This document shows, one piece after another, positions 1-12,000 of a stretch of 64,000 bases of DNA. The stretch is from positions 10,637 through 74,636 of the forward strand of contig DAOWGI010000090.1 in the NCBI GenBank assembly GCA_030637655.1, in the 5' to 3' direction. Position 1 is the first letter of the stretch, and every line of letters starts with the position of its first letter. Source of the stretch: a candidate division FCPU426 bacterium (GTDB taxonomy: Bacteria; Oederibacteriota; JAAXVQ01; JAUVAV01). The notes beneath the pieces were generated by a model that saw only the letters and a list, made by a program, of their open reading frames with translations, was not told the origin of the DNA and did not search any database. The position numbers were made by a program, and so were the translations under genes.

Positions 1-3000
1 CTGATCATAAGTCAGCTTATTGTCAACAAGGCCAATGCCTTGTGGCTGACCGATTTTGATAGTGCGGGTAGCAACCGGCTTGCTATCCTGGCTACTAGCT
101 CCATAGTAATAATAAGTGTCTTCCACGGTGTCTATGCCGGTAGCATCAGTATGTACTTTGATAGTCCGATTAGTTCTTGAAGCATCAGCTTCATAGAAAA
201 ATTCCATCAAGTCGGTTTCGGTTCTCGTGGCATTGGTAAGATCAGCTACCTGCGCTTCACAAATGGATTTCAAATCAACAGTTGGCGTTAATTCATTTTG
301 AATATTATTAGCCAATACTTTAAAATCCTTGGTGCTAATATCGTCAGCAATTCTTTTGACAGAGCCATAAGTTGATGTCGTCAGGGTTCTTCCAAACACA
401 TCCTGATTGCCGGTATGTTTATACGTTTCTACCTTGGTGTATTCCGCTATCCAGGTATTATTATCATCCTCTGATTTGGTTAATTTGTATAATTCATTAG
501 CACGTTTGGCATCATCATAAGTGAAAAAGGTATAGGTTTCAGTCTTAACACCATTAGCGCCTTCATGAATTTCATGGGCGGCTATCTCTTTGCCATCTGT
601 ACGGTTGACGGTGTGCAACCTACTTGAAGATGAGTTGCGATTAACAGCCAAATTAACTTTGCCATCAATCGGCGTGATGCCGTGTTTCAGTCTTAATTGT
701 AATTCCAGTTTGGACATGTTCCAGGTCTGCATATCACCACGGTCAGAATATTTAATATTGCTCATCTGAGTATAGGTCACAAAGTTATTAGGAAATAAAC
801 CGACTTGATCATTGTCGATCATATCGCTCTTGTTATCACGCGCGACTTGCCAGGCATTGAGTACTTCTGTTTTATCAGCCACATCTTGCCATAACGTAAA
901 TGCACCATTTAAGATAAGACCATTACCGTCAAGCGTGATTTCATCAAAGGCTTTAGCTTGATTCAATGAATTAAATGAGGTATTTAATCTCACCGTGGTG
1001 TTGATTGTGTCCAGCGGTATACTGACATCAAGATCTTCGACTTTGTAGTCCTGACCCTTAGCACTAATGGTGGTTGTTTCAGCAATGGTCCCGGTTGCAA
1101 CGTCAATGACGGCGATCTTTTCACTATCAATTAATGAACCAAGATCAATCACATCACCACTGTCACGGATAATCAAATCACCTGTCCCCAAGGTATCATT
1201 AAATGCTTTTAGCTTGTCAGCATTAGCAGTAGGTCCGGTGCCGAAATCCCGGCCTTCAAATGTAGCTTTCAAGAGTATATCCAGTTCTGTGACCACAGGA
1301 CCTAACATCCTGGCCGACCCTATCCATGATTTCATTTGACCATTAGGATCATATTGAACATCATTCATACTATTGACAACAACGAACATATCTAATTTAT
1401 CTTTATCAGTACCGTCAATAATATTTTCTTTTTCTGTTTCAGTTAAGCTACTCCAGGCGACAGATCTTTTTGGGTTCTTTAGTTGTAGTTTATTGCCTTC
1501 GTAGGTGATGGTCGTGAATTGTTCCATATGATCAGCGTTATCATAGCCTGAAGCAGGGACTCTGGTGATGGTGGTGGTAACTTTACCATCGGCCGGTACT
1601 GTTTCATAGCGATTGCCAGTCACCGCTGATTCTCTAAGCCTGCCTTTGAGATCATAATCAAAGTTGCTTTTTTCCTCTGTGTAATAGTCGCCATTGCTGT
1701 CAGTATAATGAGTTTTTTTGGTCACGGATGCTAATTGACCGAGCGAATCATAGACCATGTCAAATTCCGTTGAAGTGTAGGTTTTGCTGTAGGGTGTCGC
1801 GTCTGTTGGATTACCAATAGTCTCTTCAATCACTTCAGTAACTTTTTTCTCAATATTACCCTTATCATCATAGGTATACGCTTCAGTGTTTTTGTTTGAT
1901 TCTTCTATGCGTTTATTACCGTCTATAGTGATACGTGTTTGCCTGGCAATTCTATCTTCATTAGTATAGTCATGCATGGTGGTCTCTACCGTATAGATAT
2001 GTTCCGGATTGGTTCCCACTGTTTCTGTAATAGTATTAAATGAATGGATATTTCTACCGGCTGTATCGTAGGTCATGTTGGTCAGATGCTCTAATGTCAC
2101 TTTGGCGCCATTAGTGGTGGTGCGCTTCATTTCAGTCACATCACCATTCTCATTAAAACTAATATTTTTAGTATCTACAATATAGCTGCGATAATATAAT
2201 CTCCCCTCCTTGTTAGCCAATTTTCGAATACCTGACTCTAAAACAGTACTTCTGATGGTTTTGAGATCATCACCATCATAGGTCATATCAGACAAGCGCT
2301 CTTCAATGCGACGATTGGCATCAATGGTTGTGCGTTGCATGCTAATGGCCTGACCACGAGCATTATATTTGGCATTCTGCATAATGGTTTGTTTGACTTG
2401 AGCTTTGCTCCCAAATGATGATTGAGCTTTTTCTCTGTCTTTTACAGCAATAACATCGTCAACAGTAATACCTGACGATTTATCAGTCGCAATGGTTAAG
2501 ATATTGGAATAAATCGTTTGATTATCCTGATTGTATTTCATCCGGGCTAATGTTTTTTCATATATCCGCTTATCACCTTCTCTGGTTTCGCGAACAAATC
2601 CGGTCATTTGATCAAGATGATTATAGGTCATGCTGCCGGTAATTATTTCCTGAACCTTAGTCCTGCTTTTGGTGGTCTCGGTGATCATTAAATGAGAGAA
2701 GGTTAACCGATTCTCATTATCATAGGCCAAGCCGGACTTGGTCTCTTCGATAATCGTTTTGTCTTTTTCTTTGGTTTCTTTACGATAGTGTAATTGGTTA
2801 CCCTTGTCATCATAATCAGAAATTCTTGTTTCAACGGTATAGGTTTTTTCTGCTTTTTCTTTGCCCTGATAGCGGGTTTCTGTTATTGAAACTTTATTGG
2901 CTTTCATCCTGCCTTGTCCATCAAATTGATGCCACAAGGCTTTGGTAACTGAGATACTACCATCACCGGGCAACTCAGCCTGGATTGAACCGGCAAAAAG

Positions 3001-6000
3001 ACCGGCTTTTTCAGTATCACTTAATTGATCCCAGGTCTTGATTGCATTACCAACAATGATGTCCTTACCGGTAAATTTGATTTCTTCATAAGTATCAAGG
3101 TGACCTACATTGTTATAGGTAATATTTTGCCTTGAGGATGTCGTGACTCCCGACGCACTGATTTTGATTTGAGCATCCTTGGCCAGATCATTCAAATCAT
3201 AGGTTCCGGTTTGTAAGGTGATACCGGAACCATCAACCAAAGCATCAACTTGAGTTTGATCCAATTGATAGGTTTGATTATTAATTTGAAAGGTATATTC
3301 CAATAGCTGCGTGGCAGTAACTGACTTCAGATCAGCCATATCATTGATCATTTTTAACTGATTGTTGCTTTCTTCCTGCAAGTCTGCTGTGACTAATTCG
3401 ATTTGATTAATATGATTTAACATCATATCAAAGCCGGTTTTGATATCTGATTGTTGCTCTTTGGCAATGACTAAATTTTGTGCAGCAGCATCGACTAGAT
3501 CCGAAAATTCACTAATATCACCTACAGCTTCTAAGTATTCAGTTGTTTTTGCGAGATAGGCATCTTTTTGACTTTGGTTATTATTGGTTTCTTTTAATTG
3601 ATTATAACTGTCAACTAATCCTTGATTGGTTAGATCGCTATGATAATTATCAGCAGCCTTTTCCCTAAATATTTCTATTTCATTAAACAAGGTAGTAGTA
3701 TCCTCATAATGTTTTTCAGCATCTTTTAATTTGGTATTTGCTGTTTCATATTCGGTTTTAGCAGTCTCCCATTGGTATTTCAAGGATGATTCATAAGGTC
3801 CGGTTTTTTTCACAAATGCGTCATTGCTGTACCATTCAGTAGACGTATCCTGTGTAGCATACAACTCGAAATGTTTGTCTTGATACTCTTTATGAGCAGT
3901 AATCATCAATGCTTCGTAATTAATATTGCTTTCAGTACCATCACCCTTTAAATTTGTTTCAGCAATATCCATAAGTAATTTTTTATCTTTCATTTCTTTT
4001 TCAGATCCAGACAAACCAATTTCATCACCGTGTTGTATAATAAAAAGCGCCAAATTTCTTGCTTGTACCTGACCATATGCATCACTATTAATCTCAGCCG
4101 GGCGGTTATTACTTGAATAGGTTTTTACCTCCACTGAATAATCAGCTTGTAATAAATACTCAAAATAAACTGTAGACGAAAAAAAAGAATGTGATCGTTT
4201 TATTACTGTACCGACCGGAACCATATTTAATTTTGCTTCACTTTCTTTAACTATCTCTACTTGACCGTCATAATTATTTTTGGCTAGGGTATATGCAATT
4301 TCTGCAGATGAAAAGGGTTGATATTTTATGTTATATTCACCATATTTCCCCTCATATTCACCTTTTTTAATCTTCAGATCTCCAACAGCAACATTATACT
4401 CACCTTCAATACCACTATCATTGGGATCATCCGGATCACCTTTTAAGTATATTTCTTTCGCTGTAAATATAGCGCGCAGTCCACCTGCATCATTTATCGC
4501 ATGATCTATACCGGATCGTATCGACGATACAATAGCGCCTAATTCATTTAATCCATCTTTCAATTGCAGCGCCCGGTTTATTAAGGTGTCAAGATCTTTT
4601 TGGGAAGTTAGTTCAGTTTCTAATATTTGTTGATCATTTAAACCAACGTCAATATCATTCTTGTAATCTTTGTGTGTCCAATTTATTAACACTTGTTGGA
4701 CAAGGCCAACTGCTTCATCCAGAGCCCTTTCGTCAATATTGATATTATATTTAATGATTAGCTCTTTTAAAGTTGTTACTTCAGTTAGTAATCCTTTGCC
4801 GTTATTTCCAAAATAGTCCTTGATTTGTTTAATTAATTGATCTTGCTTTCTGATTAAAGCACGCCAATCATTTTCACTAATGATCAAATTCTTCATAGCA
4901 CCAGCTAATTCAGCCGACGCTGTTGCCAGGACTTCATAGGCATCATCGAGATTATCGCGAGCAGTATCTTTCGTGTTTTCTTTTTCAGCTACATTAAGAT
5001 TTTGCGTTGTTAGACGAGCAGTGATGGCATCCATTACAGCTTGCTGATCACTGGCTGGTGGCAATTCGTTGTTGAAGTATTTATTTATTAAATTATAGGA
5101 TTCAATCCATTTATCGTTAGCCGACTTTAAAAGACCTTGCTGAGCATTAATGACTAATTGTTGCTTGTTGATCATGTCCTGTTGTTGTGACAAGGTTTGG
5201 AATATATTACCAGCCTCTGCAAAGTCCTGATACGTATACCCCCGCTTATGGGTGGTGAGATCATAGCCGATCATTTGGTTGATGGCATTGTAGGTGACGT
5301 TGTTCCATAGATTAATTGTGGTCAGTTCTTTTACTTCTGCGGTTTCATTGATTAAGGCATCGATCAGGGTGTTGCGGTCTGCTATGGATAGATTGGACCA
5401 GGTGACAGTAAAAGATTGAGTCCCTGGATCCCGGATCAAGTCCGGGATGACGGCAGGTGGGGCGGTGATGAAAAGATCATCGCCGTTGATGATGGCTTCG
5501 GTGTAATCTGTGGCCTGGTCAAAGGTGTTATAGATGTAATTGTACCGGTAGAGATTGGTGATTTTGCCGTCAGTGGTTTTGCCGACAGTACGTTCATTCA
5601 TGCGCGCGCTATAGGTGGCTTGGCGCTGGGTATGGCCTTGGTAGGTTACTTCCACATCGGTTAGGGTTTCTTTTTCCGGTCCGGCGGTATTGCGGGTATT
5701 TTCCTGCCAGCTTTCCGGACGGTTGTAAGTATCGTACATGGTATTGACTCGGTGTGTTACTGTGCCGATATAGTCAAAGGGTTTGAGTTTGGCATAGGCG
5801 GTTAGCCAAGCAGGCATATTGCCTTCATCTGTATCATCAATACCGGCAACTGCGTTTGAAAGATTCACTACCCCAGCATACGCGGGGCAGGCCAAGGCGC
5901 CAAGGGCACCAAGGTTTAAATAATTATTGGTAAGAGCAAAAAGATTCACCACCAGGCTACCTAGGTCACCAAGGAAAGATAAATCTAAAATACCGGCAAG

Positions 6001-9000
6001 ACCATTAAATAATTCTGTAATATTAGCTGTCATGTCATCAGGTAAACTACCCAGCTTAAGTTTGATCCAAGTAATGACATTGGTGATTAAATTTTGCGGT
6101 TCAATAGCCAACATGGTGGCGAGTTCGAGGGCCTCAACAATCCAGGCTTTGCCCAGGTCACTATTTGGATCCAGAGTCCCCAGTCCCTGTGTGCTTACCA
6201 GCCAGGCTGAGAATCGGCGTAAGGTGGCATTGGTCAGATCTTCATCTGCTGTGACATGCACATAAGAGGATTGTTGTCCTAAATGATTATAGGTGATGCT
6301 GTTCATGATGGATTGGGTGGGTTTTTCAGAGGCCTGGCTGCTGAGGATGAGTTCCTGGTAGCCCGATTGCATGCCCTGGTGCTGCCAGATACGGCTGGAA
6401 ACATCCGGGCGGATACATGGATCCGCCCCTACGAATTTAATCCAGGTTGTGCCGCCATCTTCTGAATATTGGGTTGTATCAATATATTCAATATTGGACC
6501 GGATCAGACTGGTGGTGGTTTCCTGGGTATCCGCTCCGCTGGAAATAATATTGGTTGTGGTCTCATGATAACTGTCCAAAAGGCCATTGGCTTTGAACAG
6601 ACTGTGTGCGCGCTTTGTTCGTGTGGTTTTGGTTCCCTGGGCGGTATTATGAACAGTCTCACTCTCAAAGCGGCGCAACTGACCGTGGTCGGTATAGCTG
6701 TCACTAAACCCGGCCTGCCAGGTAGTTGTGTAGGTCTCGATCTGTACGCCGTTTTCTTCTATTGTGCCTTCTTCAGTAGAATCAACAAGCTGCCCCTTGG
6801 TGTTATATGACTTGGCTCTTGCTGTCCAATCGAGAGTAATTATCTGATTTTTATCAATGGCATTGGTTACTTGATGATAATACTCGCGCTGGCCAAGAAT
6901 GTTATAGGTCTGGTTGGTTACTGTTTTGGTATAGGTGCTGTCAGCTAAATTCCAGCCGACTTCGCTATAATCAGTTTGTTGTGACAAGTAATTATAGATA
7001 GTATCATGCTGGATTTTTTCGTAATAGCCGGATTCGGTCCAGCCGGTTTCTGTAGATGCAAAGACGCGGCCTAAAAGATCAAAGGCATTCACCACAGAGA
7101 GCACAGAGGACACGGAGGAAGGATTGGTTTGGGTTAAAATCGTTTTATCAATTCCTGCCTGCCATTGGCGATCTATGTATTTGCTGCCGCTGATGCCTGA
7201 TTCTTCATAACCGGTTAGCCAGCCGTGGTCGTCGTAAGTCATATTGGTTCTGGTTAAATCGGTATTAACACCGCCTGCTTCGGAATAACCGTTTTCGATG
7301 GTATGGGTGGCCCGGCCTTGGTCATCAAAGGCTGTTGCCTGCCAGGTTTTATCATAATTGCCGGTCAATGCGCTGCTGCCGGTTTCTTCAAAATAATTCA
7401 GGCGGCCAAAAGTGTCATAATCCATGTTAGAGCGGGCGGCGGTTTCACGGGCGAACACCAGGTTCGCCCCTACGTCGATTTTATCAATTGATTCTTCATA
7501 GCCGGTTAATTGATTATCATTATTATAAGTTGCATCGAACCAGTTTTTTTCTTCTTTCTTCTGATCTATTTCCTGTCCTGTCTGCGGATCATAATAAGTG
7601 GTTAGCGTGCTCTCCAAATAATGCTTCTGATTGCCGGATAAATCATAACTGTCGGAAAAATCCGCCTGCCAGTCGGTAATGGTTTCTTCGATTAGCAGGG
7701 GCACGGCACGCCGTGCCCCTACATGGTGATATCCTGTTAATTGGCCCAGATTATTGTACTTACCTTGTGACCATTCCTTTTCTGTAACAATACCTAAATC
7801 ACTGGTCACTACTTCTTTATAATGTTGCATTTGGCCCAAGGTATTATAGGAATCAGCAAAGTCCGCTTGATAGGTTTTGCTATAAGACGGCATGGTTGTC
7901 GTTGACCCGGTCTCACTGTAGCCTGTTTGTTGGCCTTTATTATTATATACAATGCCGGTCTGCTGTTTGGTATAGTCCTGACTGCCATTGTCAGTGGTTA
8001 TATAGGTTTCATCCAGAGCAATTACCTGATCTAAAGTATTGTACTCTCCGCTCCACTTGGTGGCATAGGCACCGGTAGCAGGTGAGGTTCCGGTTTGAGT
8101 ATAACCAGTAGTCCTTCCGAAATTATCATACGCCGTTATATTCCAATCCTGAACAATGGTTCCGCTCTGATTTTCCTGATGGTAGTTATCCAGCTCGCCT
8201 TGAGTATTGTAGGTCATTAGAGATCGAATATTGATTTGAGTTTGATCCAGCTTAACTCCGCTTTGACTGTCTGTTCCAATACGATTAATGGTTTCTTCAT
8301 AACCAACGATTTGTGCCAGAGTATTGTAATTTATCTGGTTTTTGGTGATCGTTGTTTCTAAGTCAGGCGAGGCATTGGAAGAGTTGGATTCTGTATAAGC
8401 AATCTCGCGACCGGCATCATCATAGGTTGTGCTTTGACGGTTAATACTCTGTATAAGTGATAATGTGCCATCCTGTGTATTCTTACTGATTGTTTTGGTA
8501 TAAGTCAGGCGCTCTCCGCGATGGTTATAAGTAATATCTCCCAAAGTGTCGGTTACAATAACCTCCGGCTCCTGTGATCCGGCCTGTTCTTCTTGTTGAC
8601 CTATGAGCTGACCTGACTGATTATAACTTGTGCTCAAACGCTGAATGGTTGTGGTAATAGCCGGAGCATTAATACCTGCCAAACTATCGCCCTGTTTGAT
8701 AATGGTTTGATCAAAAGTGTTTAATTGGCCCAGATGATTATACTTGGCATTGCTGTAATCAGTTATGGTAGTTGTATTAATATCACTATTTGTGCTTTCT
8801 TCCTGCCAGGAAATTTCCTGATTGAATTCATTGTAGGTGATCTTATCGCGGGTGGTAGTTTCTCGGGCGAACACAAGGTTCGCCCCTACATTTATTTTGT
8901 TGATTAATTCTTCATAAAAAATTAATTGACCATAGGTGTTATAGGTTTGTGAGTTTCTTGTGCGTTCATTAATAACACCTGTAGCTGCAGAACTTGTGGT

Positions 9001-12000
9001 CTGCTCTTTAAAGCTTATTTCCTGATTATGGGTATTATAAATAATGTTCTGTTTGCCAATAGTATAAACCCGCCTCATCGGACCGGTTGCTGATGTTGTG
9101 GTACTTTGATTGGTATAACCTGATACCCGTCCTGCCAAATCAAAACCCGCCACAGCATAAGCTATTGTTTCTGTCAGATCGGAAGTTAGGGAGCTTTCTT
9201 TGGTTTCTGTATAATGAATTAATCTTCCCTGATTATCATACTTCGTGCCCTGGCGCGTAATAGCAGTTGTCCGGTCCAGCAGGGGCGACCGGCCGGTCGC
9301 CCCTACATCCTGTTCATGTTGGGTTTCACTATAGGTTTTTATTCTGCCAAACGCATCATAGCTCATTGACGCGCGATTAACCGTTGTAATAACATCATGC
9401 CAATCTTCGGTGGTTGTTTCAGTAAAGTCCGTGACCCGGCCTAATACATTGTAGATCGTGGCAAGTCTTCGGGTTTCTTTCTGAATACTATAAGGCTGAT
9501 TAACATTTTGGCCCAGAATGGTCTGGTTTTCCAGCCAGGTTTCAAGCTCACCCATATTATTGTAGGTCTGATCATGCCGGATAACAGTGATTAACAAATC
9601 CGCCTGATCACTGCTGCTTAAGTTGTCTTCATATCCTGTTACCCGGCCTTGATTGTCGTAGGTAATGGCAGTGCGGTTGGTGGTGGTTTGTAAATCCACA
9701 AGAGGGCGGATACTTGGATCCGCCCCTACAACAACCTGGTGATGTTTTTCCTGATACCCGGTTTGTTGATTCAAGGTGTTATAAAATATTTGATCACGAG
9801 TGGTAGTGGTGATTTCATTACCTTTTAGCCTGGTTTCTTCGTATTCTGTCAATCGGCCTTGGTTGTTATAAATACCTTTCCAGCTACGGGTTGTGCCATC
9901 GGTTGTCGCATTAGACGTGATTTCTTCTGTATAACTTTTGATCATCCCGGCCGGATGATAAAGGATGGCGCTTCGTACAATGGTCTGAGTGCTATCCAGC
10001 GTCTCGGTTCCGGTATTCCCGGTTTGATGCGTGGTTTCTGTAAAGGCGATTTCCCGACCTTGCGCATTATAGGTCGTACTTTGACGGTCTGTTCTTGTCA
10101 AAATCCCCTGAGGAGCTACAGAGCCTTTGGCTCCTTCAAACTTTAAATTCATCCATGCCAGTCGTCTGCCATGAATGTCATACGCAATGGATTGCAGGGT
10201 TTCAACAATGACTTTGTCCGGGGCATCGCTGGAAATGGTTTCTTCAGTACTTAGACTTAATTGGCCTAATGGATTGTATTCCGTGGCAGTGCGTTTTTTG
10301 GTTGTGCTTTTTTGCAATCCCGGCCCTCTGATGCGTGTTTCCTCTTCAAAGGTTTCCAGTTGCCCGAATTGATTATACCGGCCTTTGGCCCATAAAACCG
10401 TGGTTTGTGTATCCAGCCCCTGGGTTGTTATGGTATCTATGCTGTGGGTTTTCTGACCTAATCCATTATAACGCTGATGATTAATAGAACGATTTTGGAT
10501 GGTTTCATAAACCAGATCGGTTTGTTCATAGGCCCTGGTTGTAATGGTTTCTTCCCGGCTTTTTTCCTGTGCAAGTCGATTGGTTTTGATATCTGTCACA
10601 TTGGTCAGTACAATCAGGCCTTGGCCGTCATCCTGTTTTTCAGCATAACCAATCATATGACCCTGATCATCATACAGCATGTTATAGCGCTCGATAGTTT
10701 TGATCACCCCGGTTAAGTCCGATCGTCTGATCTGCTCTTCATAACCAGCTAATTGTCCGCTAGCATTGTAGATCATACCCCAACGGCTGGTGATGATCTC
10801 AATATACAAATCCACTCCATTGCCGGCCTGCTGAACAAGGCGTTCTTTATAACCTGTCATCTGTCCTAACGCGTCATAATTAAGCTTTGTCATCCACCGT
10901 TCTACAGTCATAAGCGGTGTCATACTGGACCACTGCGTTTCATGGTAACCGGTGATTTGATGTTTTTTGTTATAGGTAATCTGATCGCGCACATTGGTGT
11001 CGATTTTATCTAATCCATCACCTTGGGTGTGAATGGTTTCTGTATAACCGGCTAAGCGCCCGGTTTGGTCAAAATCTGCCTGAAAACGGGTTCTGGTAAT
11101 GGTGAGGTCCATGCAGGTCTCAACCATGACAACTGCGCCGGGAGCAAAACTCAAGGTAACATCTGATCCGCCCGGGGATGTTATCTGAACGGATTTGCCT
11201 TCCAGAAGTTCTTGCTGCTGCGTTTGGGTTACTTGATCCCACTGTAGGGGCACAATATTTTGTGCCCCTACAAATAATGTCATGCCTTCCAGCATAGCCT
11301 CGTTCAACTGCCCATAATCAGGCAGTCTATCTTCGGTTGTGCCGACAATACGCTCTACTTCATTCTGCTGCGCCAATCTTCCCAGACTGTCATAAGTTCT
11401 GTTGGTTATATTTCTGGTTGTAATTAAATCAGGAGACTGGGTATCTGTAATGGTTTCAGCATAGCTCAGAAGCTGACCAACCATATTGTAGGTCATCGCA
11501 TTGCGATTGGTTGTTGTAATACGTGATTGTAGGGGCGTATTGCCATACGCCCCTACGGTTGTTTCAATGGTTTCTGCTGCTACCAATCCCGCTGGGGTAA
11601 ATCCATCTGCTTGCCATGTCACGGTTGTTTTAGTGGGATTCCCCAGGGTTTCTTTTTCTTCGACATACGAGACCATACGGCCGGCGATATCATATTGGAT
11701 CGGTTGCCGCACACTGCTCTGGGTCAAGTAAAGTACGATCTGCAAAACACCGGTTGTCTGATCTAATTTGAGTGAACCCAATTCTCCGATGGTCACTATT
11801 TCTTCGTTTAGTAGGGGCACAATGCATTGTGCCCCTACTAAATCCGTCCAGTTGATGCCATTGCCTATACCGGCAATCTGCTTTTCCAGTTCCTGGAGTT
11901 TCTCTTCTTCTGTCATGGCGTCCCAATTAGCAGGAAGCGTCTTCACGCCTTCTCCGGTTCTTTGCGTAATCGAGGTAACAGCAATCTGTTGACCAAGTCC

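Noticed and set aside
7448-8889. Near-identical VGANLVFARET segments as a DGR template/variable repeat pair
   Set aside because: Too short, explained by REP copies, and no reverse transcriptase in the window.
10108-10140. Weak hairpin gaggagc...gctccttc inside the giant ORF
   Set aside because: Short stem and no second copy in the window.
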